34,577 bases of DNA from Candidatus Zixiibacteriota bacterium. GTDB taxonomy: Bacteria > Zixibacteria > MSB-5A5 > SM23-73-2. The DNA lies in assembly GCA_049642665.1 (NCBI GenBank), contig JBARPA010000329.1, positions 1 through 34,577 of the forward strand, given 5' to 3'. The notes under the pieces are model-generated. The model saw nothing but the letters and a program-made list of their open reading frames with translations. It was not told where the DNA came from and ran no database searches. The position numbers were made by a program, and so were the translations under genes. How positions within the stretch are numbered: the stretch's first letter is position 1; every line of letters begins with the position of its first letter. Positions 14,974-22,254 of the stretch are shown here, piece after piece.

Positions 14974-14996
14974 TAGAAAAGATTAGAAGCTTTGCC

Positions 14997-15173
14997 TTAT
15001 TTGCAGCAGGATTTGCCGCTGAGGGTCTTACAGGCAGAGAAAAGCTTTTTTAAAGCCTCTGCCTTCTCCGGATCCTTGGCGGTTATATTTATCTGGATAC
15101 CGTCCTTAGTCTCCTCACTTTTGCACTCGACGTCATCAGCAAAGCTTCCCGGGCCACAGCAAGTGAAACACAT
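14997..15173 (-). CDS. Unannotated 58-aa cysteine-rich protein downstream of arsR (putative metal-binding)
   Basis: Minus-strand translation gives MCFTCCGPGSFADDVECKSEETKDGIQINITAKDPEKAEALKKLFSACKTLSGKSCCK, with 7 Cys including CxxCC and a terminal CC. A strong SD, AAAGGAGGTG, lies 8 nt upstream of the ATG. The ORF is too short for the track, and the overlapping plus-strand ORF 14992-15207 is antisense noise. Confidence 0.65.
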   Translation of the reverse strand: MCFTCCGPGSFADDVECKSEETKDGIQINITAKDPEKAEALKKLFSACKTLSGKSCCK

Positions 15174-15203
15174 ACTATATCACCTCCTTTCTCATGTGCG
15201 TTC

Positions 15204-15235
15204 ATAGACACATTTATAGATTTATATATGTCTAT
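15204..15235. promoter_or_regulatory. Inverted repeat ATAGACA(n18)TGTCTAT between arsR and the Cys-rich ORF; putative ArsR operator
   Basis: ATAGACA lies at 15204-15210 and TGTCTAT at 15229-15235. The left half, CATAGACAC, recurs upstream of arsR at 15564-15574. Confidence 0.4.
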
Positions 15236-15252
15236 TTGTCTTTTAAAAAAAA

Positions 15253-15549
15253 TTATTCGTTCGCTTCAGCCTTTATGTTTATACCCATATTCTTGAAAAA
15301 ATCTTTACAATCCACCTCTATGCAACAACAACAGTTGTTGGCGTAGTACACTTCTTTCCCCTTTTTCTCATATTTGACCAGCCCTGATCTTTTCAGAATA
15401 TCCAGGTGATGAGAGACAGAGGGTTGGGTCATATTGAAATGCTTGCAGATCTCACTTACACACATTTCTTTTTTTCGCAGAAGTCTGAGGATCTTCTGGC
15501 GGGTCGGGTCAGAAAGAGCCTGGAAAATTAAAATACACTTAGTTTTCAT
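15253..15549 (-). CDS. ArsR/SmtB family metalloregulator
   Basis: FQALSDPTRQKILRLL..EMCVSEICKHFNMTQPSVSHHLDILKRSGLV is a canonical ArsR winged HTH. It has an unusual C-terminal NNCCCCIEVDC cluster. The SD AGGTGA lies 5 nt upstream. Confidence 0.85.
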   Translation of the reverse strand: MKTKCILIFQALSDPTRQKILRLLRKKEMCVSEICKHFNMTQPSVSHHLDILKRSGLVKYEKKGKEVYYANNCCCCIEVDCKDFFKNMGINIKAEANE

Positions 15550-15565
15550 AATCTCACCTGTTTCA

Positions 15566-15583
15566 TATAGACACTTATCTATA
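15566..15583. promoter_or_regulatory. Putative ArsR operator (6-6-6 palindrome) upstream of arsR
   Basis: TATAGA-CACTTA-TCTATA lies 17 nt upstream of the arsR start codon. It shares ATAGACAC with the 15204 site. Confidence 0.45.
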
Positions 15584-15657
15584 CGTTTATAAGTTAGAGG
15601 ATGTTGTAAGATTTGTCAAGTTTTTTTTGTGATATCTTTAAAAAGGTATGGTTTCTT

Positions 15658-15734
15658 GTCATTACGAGCCCGGAGGGTGTTAATCTCCTGAGATTGCTTC
15701 GTCGTCCTTCATTAAATGGACTCCTCGCAATGAC
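15658..15734. repeat. 77-nt imperfect palindromic element
   Basis: GTCATTACGAG (15658-15668) pairs 10/11 with CTCGCAATGAC (15724-15734). The interior contains GGAG..CTCC and AGATTGCTTCGTCG. Confidence 0.5.
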
Positions 15735-15827
15735 ACCACCTTTGATAACATGTGTTTTTCAGAACTTTCTTGTTATGTTATTTTAAACAATCATAAAGAT
15801 ATAAGGGGAAAAATAATTTGAAAATCG

Positions 15828-15857
15828 TTGACGATTACTATTGTTTCTCGTTATAAT
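15828..15857 (+). promoter_or_regulatory. Sigma70-like promoter
   Basis: TTGACG (15828-15833), an 18-nt spacer, and TATAAT (15852-15857), about 55 nt upstream of the ATG at 15911. Confidence 0.5.
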
Positions 15858-15910
15858 TTCGTTTAAATTAAAACATGAAAGATTAAACCTTTAAAACCAG
15901 GAGGTATTTG

Positions 15911-16888
15911 ATGCATTACTCCAGGAATCATCTCTTAATCATCCTCTCTTTTGTTGTTCTCTTTTTCTTCTCTTTTTCCGTTTCCTATGCTGATCTGGTA
16001 TATATATCGAAAGCCAGCACCTCGGGAATTATGGGAATGGGTAAAATGGATATGGAAACCACAACTATGTTGAAAGGTGATAAACAGAGGCAGGATACCA
16101 AAACAAAATTTGTTGGAGCTATGGTCCAGTATATGCCCGGAGGTGGCGAGCAAAATCAGATTACCATCACCAGGTTGGATAAGGAATTGATCTGGAACAT
16201 AAATATAACTGACAAGACTTACACCGAGATGACCTTCGACCAGGTAAAAAAGATGATGGAGAGAATGAAATCACAGATAAGGAAGAAACCGGAGGAGGAA
16301 GAGGCGAAATTTCAATTTGACGTAAAAAAGACCGGTCAGAAGAAAAAAATCGGGGGGTACGAATGTGAGGAGCATTTCATAAAGATGATAGCTGAAGGAA
16401 GGGATCCCCAGACAGGTAAAGTTCAGGAATTTGAGGTCCAAACTCACCTCTGGGTTTCCTCCAAGGTCAAAGGATACGACCAGCTTCAGGATTATCAGAA
16501 AAAGATGGCCCAGAAGATGGGATGGGAAGGCGGTCAATATGCGAATTTTGCGCAGGGTTTGGGTCAATTCGGTCTGGATACGGAAGGGCTGGCAAAGAAG
16601 ATGAACGAGATCAAGGGATTTCCCATGCTCACCGTGGTTAAGATGAAATCTTTTGGTGAGGAAATGGCAGAAGCTGAAGAGGAAAGAGCTGAACAGGAAA
16701 AGGCGATGAGGGAAGCTATGGAGCTTTTGGGCAAGAAGGTAGAAAAGGAAGAAAAACCCAAAGAAAAAGGGCTTATATTTGAGATGGCTACTGAGGTGAC
16801 CGAGGTCCAGGTAAAGGGAGTTGCCGATTCGGAGTTTGAGCTGCCCCAGGGAATGAAAAAGCAGGATATGCTGTTACCCACTCGATAG
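15911..16888 (+). CDS. Secreted protein of unknown function (DUF4412-like N-terminal half, Glu/Lys-rich C-terminal half)
   Basis: ATG at 15911 with AGGAGG 6 nt upstream. The signal peptide is LLIILSFVVLFFFSFSVSYA. TTTMLKGDKQRQD resembles DUF4412 proteins, which I recall from memory with low certainty. Confidence 0.5.
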   Translation: MHYSRNHLLIILSFVVLFFFSFSVSYADLVYISKASTSGIMGMGKMDMETTTMLKGDKQRQDTKTKFVGAMVQYMPGGGEQNQITITRLDKELIWNINITDKTYTEMTFDQVKKMMERMKSQIRKKPEEEEAKFQFDVKKTGQKKKIGGYECEEHFIKMIAEGRDPQTGKVQEFEVQTHLWVSSKVKGYDQLQDYQKKMAQKMGWEGGQYANFAQGLGQFGLDTEGLAKKMNEIKGFPMLTVVKMKSFGEEMAEAEEERAEQEKAMREAMELLGKKVEKEEKPKEKGLIFEMATEVTEVQVKGVADSEFELPQGMKKQDMLLPTR

Positions 16889-17050
16889 TCTTAAAATCAA
16901 TATACTGATAAGACTGTGAATGTAACGGATATCAGTTTTATAAAAAAGAGAAATTGATTCAGGAGGTTAATTAAAAATAACCGTTATTCTGATTCATTAT
17001 CAGGAAAAGAAATTTTAATAAAAGGATTTTACGTGATTTGAGGGGGTAAG

Positions 17051-18142
17051 ATGCGGAATGTAGCTTTGGTTTTATCCGGGGGTGGTTCAAAGGGGGCATT
17101 TCAGGCTGGTGCCGTAAAATACCTTCTGGATCAGGGTATGAAGTTCAGTGTGGTGGCTGGAACATCGGTCGGGGCATTAAACGGATTGATTGTTTCCCAG
17201 GAAAAGCCTGAGAACATGGGAGCTGAGCTGGAGAAATGGTGGTTTAATGTACGGAATAAGGACGTATATAAGCCCCATAATTTCATTAAAAGAATGAGAA
17301 GGACATTCAGAAGTCTTTTCAGTTTTAAAGAGAGCCTTCCTGACATCATCCTGCCCGAATCAGCTTATGACAATTCTCCTTTAAGAGAACTAATAGACTG
17401 TTATATAGAATTACCCAGGGTTAAATCAAACGTGGAGCATTTTTTAGTTTATTTCATCTCCCTCCAGACCGGAAAGCTTTATTGCAAGGATATAACTACG
17501 ATAATGACCAAGGAGGAGGCAGTAAATTATATCCTGACCTCGACTATCATTCCCATGGCGTTTCCGCCATTTGCTCATTATGTCTATGACAAGGAGATCG
17601 AGGACATTTTTGAAGGTAAAAATCATCTCAAAAGCCAGCAGTATGTGGATGGCGGGGTAATGAACAAATCCCCGCTTAAGATCGTTTTCCAGTACGACGT
17701 GGGAACAGTTTATATCATCAATAACTTCCCCCGGTATCCCAACGTTAACAGAAAAAGCCTCTCCAAAAAGTTTAAAAATCTTTTCTCCGTGGGATTGAGA
17801 AGCATTCTGGATTTAGGACCCAATGGCTATTTTGAGCGGGATATTAAGGATGCTGAGGATGTAAACAGTGACATCAAGGTGATGAGCAAGCTGGAGGAGG
17901 ACATCTTTTCCCGGATTAAGGATAACGATCTCAAAGCGGAGATCCAGACCATATTCGAAGATAAAAAGCAGCATTTCACCTTTCTGTACAGCCAGAAATC
18001 CCGGAGGGAGAAAAAGGAGATCCAGATAGTTGGGATCTACCCGGAAAACGAGATCGAGATATTCGACACCGAATTCAAACCGGAGGATTCAAAAAAGCTT
18101 TTTGACTTGGGCTACCAGACGGCAGAGAAAACGGTGATATAG
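17051..18142 (+). CDS. Patatin-like phospholipase
   Basis: LVLSGGGSKGAFQAG forms the oxyanion hole (GGGxK/RG). AGTSVGALNG is the GxSxG nucleophile. YVDGGVMN carries the catalytic Asp (DGG). Confidence 0.85.
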   Translation: MRNVALVLSGGGSKGAFQAGAVKYLLDQGMKFSVVAGTSVGALNGLIVSQEKPENMGAELEKWWFNVRNKDVYKPHNFIKRMRRTFRSLFSFKESLPDIILPESAYDNSPLRELIDCYIELPRVKSNVEHFLVYFISLQTGKLYCKDITTIMTKEEAVNYILTSTIIPMAFPPFAHYVYDKEIEDIFEGKNHLKSQQYVDGGVMNKSPLKIVFQYDVGTVYIINNFPRYPNVNRKSLSKKFKNLFSVGLRSILDLGPNGYFERDIKDAEDVNSDIKVMSKLEEDIFSRIKDNDLKAEIQTIFEDKKQHFTFLYSQKSRREKKEIQIVGIYPENEIEIFDTEFKPEDSKKLFDLGYQTAEKTVI

Positions 18143-18331
18143 TTATGAAAATCTAATAATATTTTCATGATGTATCGGTTTTAGGGAATGCCGATGGCAA
18201 TTAGCTTCGGGTATTCCCATTCTCGAAGCATCAAAAATAATCCTCTCATTTTTTGCTTGCCCTCTTAATACCTCATTTCATATATTGAAAGGAAAACAAG
18301 GTTCTTAGAAAAATTAAAACGAGGTAAAGAT

Positions 18332-18805
18332 ATGCAGGATATCGAAGTTATTGGGAATACCAAGGTTGCCCGGGTGACCCTTCATTCTGTGGATGATCGG
18401 CCCGGGATTTCAGCCGAGCTTTTCGGACAATTGGGCAGCCAGGGATTCAACGTGGAGCTAGTCTCCTCCAACATCGTGGCTAAAGGTAAAGCGGATATTT
18501 CCTTTGTGGTGGCTGAGGAGGAACTTCCCGCGATTCTGGTGCTGATGGACTCACTGAAAGAATCGACACATGCCCAGAATGTGACCCACGATTCCAATGT
18601 GGCCTTGATCTCCATCTCCGGACACGGGCTTATTCAACAACCCGGAATTGCAGCAAAGATGTTTAAGGCCTTGTCTGACTCCGGTATAAACATCCAGATG
18701 ATCTCTACCGCTCTTTCCTCCATCACCTGTATGATCTCAGATCAGGCCATTTCCGATGCGGTTAAATGCCTGGAAAAGAAATTCGAGGTAAAACCATATA
18801 AATAA
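18332..18805 (+). CDS. ACT-domain protein (two ACT repeats, aspartokinase regulatory-domain-like)
   Basis: VARVTLHSVDDRPGISAELFGQLGSQGFNV and ISISGHGLIQQPGIAAKMFKALSDSGINI are two ACT beta-alpha-beta-beta-alpha-beta N-terminal signatures. Confidence 0.75.
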   Translation: MQDIEVIGNTKVARVTLHSVDDRPGISAELFGQLGSQGFNVELVSSNIVAKGKADISFVVAEEELPAILVLMDSLKESTHAQNVTHDSNVALISISGHGLIQQPGIAAKMFKALSDSGINIQMISTALSSITCMISDQAISDAVKCLEKKFEVKPYK

Positions 18806-18846
18806 GACTCTCTCAGGGTCTCTTAACATAACCATCTGAAAATCCT

Positions 18847-19401
18847 ATGACCCACCCTCATCTTTTATCTAAAGAAAAAACTATTCTTGTTCTGGTAGAT
18901 ATCCAGGAGAAACTTTTGAACGTTATGTGGAAAAGGGAAGATCTAATCTCAAATGTTAGCAAATTAATAAGGGCTTTTAAGATTATGGAGCTACCCATTC
19001 TCCTGACCGAGCAATATCCCCAGGGGATGGGCAAAACGGACAAAAGCATCTCTGAGCTTTTAAATGGGATCCAGCCCTTGGAGAAAATCTGTTTCAGTTG
19101 TATGGGAAAAGATGAATTTAATGAGAGAATGAAATCCTCCGGAAAAAATCAGGTGGTTCTTTGTGGTATTGAGGCTCATATCTGCGTTCTTCAGACAGCT
19201 TTAGATTTACTTCATCAGGATTATTTTGTCTACGTTCCCTATAATGGAACAAGCTCCAGAAAGGAATCCGATTATAGAAATGCTCTGGATAGGATGCAAA
19301 AGGAGGGGGTGGTAATTGGATCCGTCGAATCTGCTATCTTCGAACTTCTAAAAGCTGCCGATTCCCCAGCTTTCAGGAAGATACTTAGGATAATAAAATA
19401 A
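18847..19401 (+). CDS. Isochorismatase-family cysteine hydrolase
   Basis: ILVLVDIQEKL carries the catalytic Asp. VVLCGIEAHICVLQTALDL carries the nucleophile Cys in the typical context. Confidence 0.8.
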   Translation: MTHPHLLSKEKTILVLVDIQEKLLNVMWKREDLISNVSKLIRAFKIMELPILLTEQYPQGMGKTDKSISELLNGIQPLEKICFSCMGKDEFNERMKSSGKNQVVLCGIEAHICVLQTALDLLHQDYFVYVPYNGTSSRKESDYRNALDRMQKEGVVIGSVESAIFELLKAADSPAFRKILRIIK

Positions 19402-19454
19402 TTAAATCCTTTCTTTTTTTACTCTCCCCTTAAATTAATTTTAAATTTTGCATT

Positions 19455-20183
19455 TTAATCTTTGAATTTATTCAAAGGTTTTTTGATTAAGCCATCCAGT
19501 ACCAGATCCCGGTCATATTGATAAAGCTTAAGAGAGGAAAAAGAGAAGGAATCCCTAATCTTTCTTATTTCCCGATCATTTACACTGCTCAGACCTTTGC
19601 CCATTATAAGGGGTGCAATGACAATTATCATCCGGTCAGCCAGCTTCTCCTTTAAAAATGAGGTTATAGTTTTTGCACCTCCCTCAACTAACACCGAATT
19701 TATATTCTTTTCTCCCAGTTTATTGAGCAGGTTTTTTAAATCAACCTGGTGGGCTTTATTAGTCTTGACGGACAAAATCTCAACCCCATTTTTTTCAAAC
19801 TTCTCAACCTTTTTATTATCAGCTCTTTTAGTGGTAGCCAGAATGGTTTCGATACCTTTTTGGGGTTTGAATACTTTAGCTTTTAGTGGACTTCTCAGCC
19901 TGGAGTCTACTACTATTCTGAGAGGATTTTTACCTTGTACCAACCGTACTGTGAGTTGAGGATCGTCTCTGATGATCGTATCCACTCCCACCAGAACCCC
20001 CTGGTGAGTGCTGCGCAGAAGATGGGCCAGACGACGGGAAGGGGGGCTGCTGATCCATTTAGAATCCCCGGTTTTTGTGGCAATTTTTCCGTCCAGGGTT
20101 TGAGCATATTTTAATGTTACATAAGGGAGACGGGTTCTTTTGAACTTCAAATGTATTTGTTTTTTTAAATGCTCAATGTTCAT
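19455..20183 (-). CDS. RibD C-terminal-domain reductase (diaminohydroxyphosphoribosylaminopyrimidine reductase-like; no deaminase domain)
   Basis: YVTLKYAQTLDGKIATKTGDSKWISS...DTIIRDDPQLTVR...VLVEGGAKTITSFL is the RibD_C/DHFR-like signature. Confidence 0.8.
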   Translation of the reverse strand: MNIEHLKKQIHLKFKRTRLPYVTLKYAQTLDGKIATKTGDSKWISSPPSRRLAHLLRSTHQGVLVGVDTIIRDDPQLTVRLVQGKNPLRIVVDSRLRSPLKAKVFKPQKGIETILATTKRADNKKVEKFEKNGVEILSVKTNKAHQVDLKNLLNKLGEKNINSVLVEGGAKTITSFLKEKLADRMIIVIAPLIMGKGLSSVNDREIRKIRDSFSFSSLKLYQYDRDLVLDGLIKKPLNKFKD

Positions 20184-20386
20184 AAAATCATTACAGTCAA
20201 TTTGAAGACATTATGAATCCTTTTAATTATAAAAAATCTGAAGGGAGATAGCAAAGATTTTGTATGAGGTTTTTTAATTATCGGGGAAAAGGCAGGGCTT
20301 TGCTCCTATATTTAACCAACTATTTATTGGGTTTATTGTCTTAAAATGCTTTGCTTGTGATTTAACTCTTAATCTCTATATTTAAC

Positions 20387-20415
20387 TTGATTCCTTTTTT
20401 CGTAGATATTATAAT
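20387..20415 (+). promoter_or_regulatory. Sigma70-like promoter upstream of the tldD-like gene
   Basis: TTGATT (20387-20392), a 17-nt spacer, and TATAAT (20410-20415), 78 nt upstream of the ATG at 20493. Confidence 0.5.
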
Positions 20416-20492
20416 TTAGCTGATTCTTTAAGATAAAATAAGGAACAGAAGTGATTTGAATCAAATTCTTAAATATTAAACCCGGAGGAATT

Positions 20493-22196
20493 ATGTTATC
20501 CCAATTATTAAAATCAAGATGGAGTTTTGTCACAATTCTGTTTTTGTTTACGGTATTTACCATTCCTTCGGCTTTAGCCTCTCAGGAAAGTATGGTCTTA
20601 AAAGCTATGGAAAAGGAGCTGAACCGCTGTTTTGATAAATTAAGCACGGTTCAACCTCACCCCCTTTACTTTCTGGGATATGAGATCAAGGAGATCGACG
20701 AAACCAGGATCTCGTCCAGCCTGGGAACAATCACCGAGGACAAAAGGACAAATTCCAGATATCTGGATGTGGATGTACGGGTGGGTGACAATCAACTAGA
20801 TAATACCCACGAGATAAGAGGTGAATTCGATTATTCGCTATATATGCCCAGGGAAGTTGAGGTGAGCGTTGAGGATAATGAGACTGCTATTCGCCAGAGA
20901 ATTTGGCTGCAAACAGAAAAAAGATTTAAACAGGCTCAGGACAGATATACTAAAGTTTTGACCAATAAGGCGGTGAAGGTTGAGGAGGAGGATCTTTCAG
21001 ATGATTTTTCCATAGAAGAGCCTCAAACCTATATTGAGGATGTAGTAAAGATCAAATTCGATCCCATCCCCTGGAAAGCAAAGCTGAAGAAATTCAGCCA
21101 GGTTTTCAAAGAATATCCGGAAGTCCTTAACTCACAAGTCTTTTTAAATGTGGAATCTGTGAACAGGTATATAGTAAGCTCCGAGGGAACAAAAATACAA
21201 ACAGGTGATAGTTACGTTCGCCTCCACCTATCTTGTGAAGGGAAAGCTGATGACGGTATGGATCTGAGAAGATATGAGAGTTTTGATGCTTCCAGTATTA
21301 ATGGACTTCCAGAAGATGAAGAGATACTGGATGCAATTCACAGAATGGTGGACGAGCTTTTGGCCTTAAGAGAAGCCCCCCTGGTGGAGCCCTATGCTGG
21401 TCCGGCCATATTGGTAAACAGAGCCAGCGGGGTTTTCTTTCACGAGATCTTTGGCCACCGAATTGAAGGGCATCGCCAGAAAAGCGAGATGGAGGGGCAG
21501 ACCTTTGCTAAGAAAATAGGGGAGAGGATTCTTCCTGAGTTCATCTCGGTTTACGACGATGCCACGCAGAGGGAGCATAACGGAACCTTTCTCAGAGGAT
21601 ATTACAAGTATGACGATGAGGGAGTTAAAGCTCAGAAGGTAGTGGTGGTTGAGGATGGCGTGCTCAAAAATTTCCTGATGTCCCGCTCACCGGTGGAGGG
21701 TTTTCCCAAATCGAATGGCCATGGTAGAAGGGAATACGGAAGACAGGTGGTTGCCCGCCAGGGAAATCTGATGGTGGAATCCCAGAAAACTTTTTCCTAT
21801 GAAAAACTTAAGGAGATGCTGATTGAAGAATGCAAAAAGCAGGACAAGCCCTATGGATTAATCTTTAAGGATATTGCAGGAGGATTCACCACCACCCAGA
21901 GGTACGGACCTCAAACCTTTAAGGTGATTCCCCTTCTGGTATATCGGATTTACAGCGATGGCAGGCCGGATGAGGTGGTAAGAGGAGTGGATATCGTGGG
22001 AACGCCTCTAGCTAGCTTTGCTAAGATCATTGCTACCGGCGATGATTACGGTATCTTTAACGGTACCTGTGGTGCCGAGTCCGGATGGGTGCCCGTTTCG
22101 GCTGTTTCGCCCAGTATTCTGGTCTCGGAGATCGAGGTGGAAAAGAAAATGAAGGGACAGGAAAAACCACCCATTCTGCCACCTCCCTATAAATAG
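20493..22196 (+). CDS. tldD: Secreted TldD-family metallopeptidase
   Basis: The signal peptide ends SALASQ. HEIFGHRIEGH is the TldD HExxxH motif, and the GNGRREY/GNLMVE region is typical. The SD GGAGG lies upstream. Confidence 0.8.
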   Translation: MLSQLLKSRWSFVTILFLFTVFTIPSALASQESMVLKAMEKELNRCFDKLSTVQPHPLYFLGYEIKEIDETRISSSLGTITEDKRTNSRYLDVDVRVGDNQLDNTHEIRGEFDYSLYMPREVEVSVEDNETAIRQRIWLQTEKRFKQAQDRYTKVLTNKAVKVEEEDLSDDFSIEEPQTYIEDVVKIKFDPIPWKAKLKKFSQVFKEYPEVLNSQVFLNVESVNRYIVSSEGTKIQTGDSYVRLHLSCEGKADDGMDLRRYESFDASSINGLPEDEEILDAIHRMVDELLALREAPLVEPYAGPAILVNRASGVFFHEIFGHRIEGHRQKSEMEGQTFAKKIGERILPEFISVYDDATQREHNGTFLRGYYKYDDEGVKAQKVVVVEDGVLKNFLMSRSPVEGFPKSNGHGRREYGRQVVARQGNLMVESQKTFSYEKLKEMLIEECKKQDKPYGLIFKDIAGGFTTTQRYGPQTFKVIPLLVYRIYSDGRPDEVVRGVDIVGTPLASFAKIIATGDDYGIFNGTCGAESGWVPVSAVSPSILVSEIEVEKKMKGQEKPPILPPPYK

Positions 22197-22254
22197 TTCT
22201 TGGTATATTGGCGGATTGTGTTTGGAACGAAACAAACATTAAAAGGAGTTAAAA

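Noticed and set aside
14992-15207. Track ORF (71 aa, + strand) downstream of the array
   Set aside because: It has no SD and an odd composition. It is exactly antisense to a 58-codon minus-strand ORF that has a strong SD and lies in an operon position after arsR.
17051-18142. Patatin-like phospholipase as a CBASS (CapV-type) effector
   Set aside because: There is no CD-NTase/cyclase, E1/E2/JAB or other signalling gene adjacent. The neighbours are an unrelated secreted protein and an ACT-domain protein.
20184-20492. FMN riboswitch expected upstream of the ribD-like reductase
   Set aside because: The divergent intergenic region is AT-rich, and I could not see the conserved FMN-element core (for example GGGCAGGGTGAAATTCCC...) on the minus strand.
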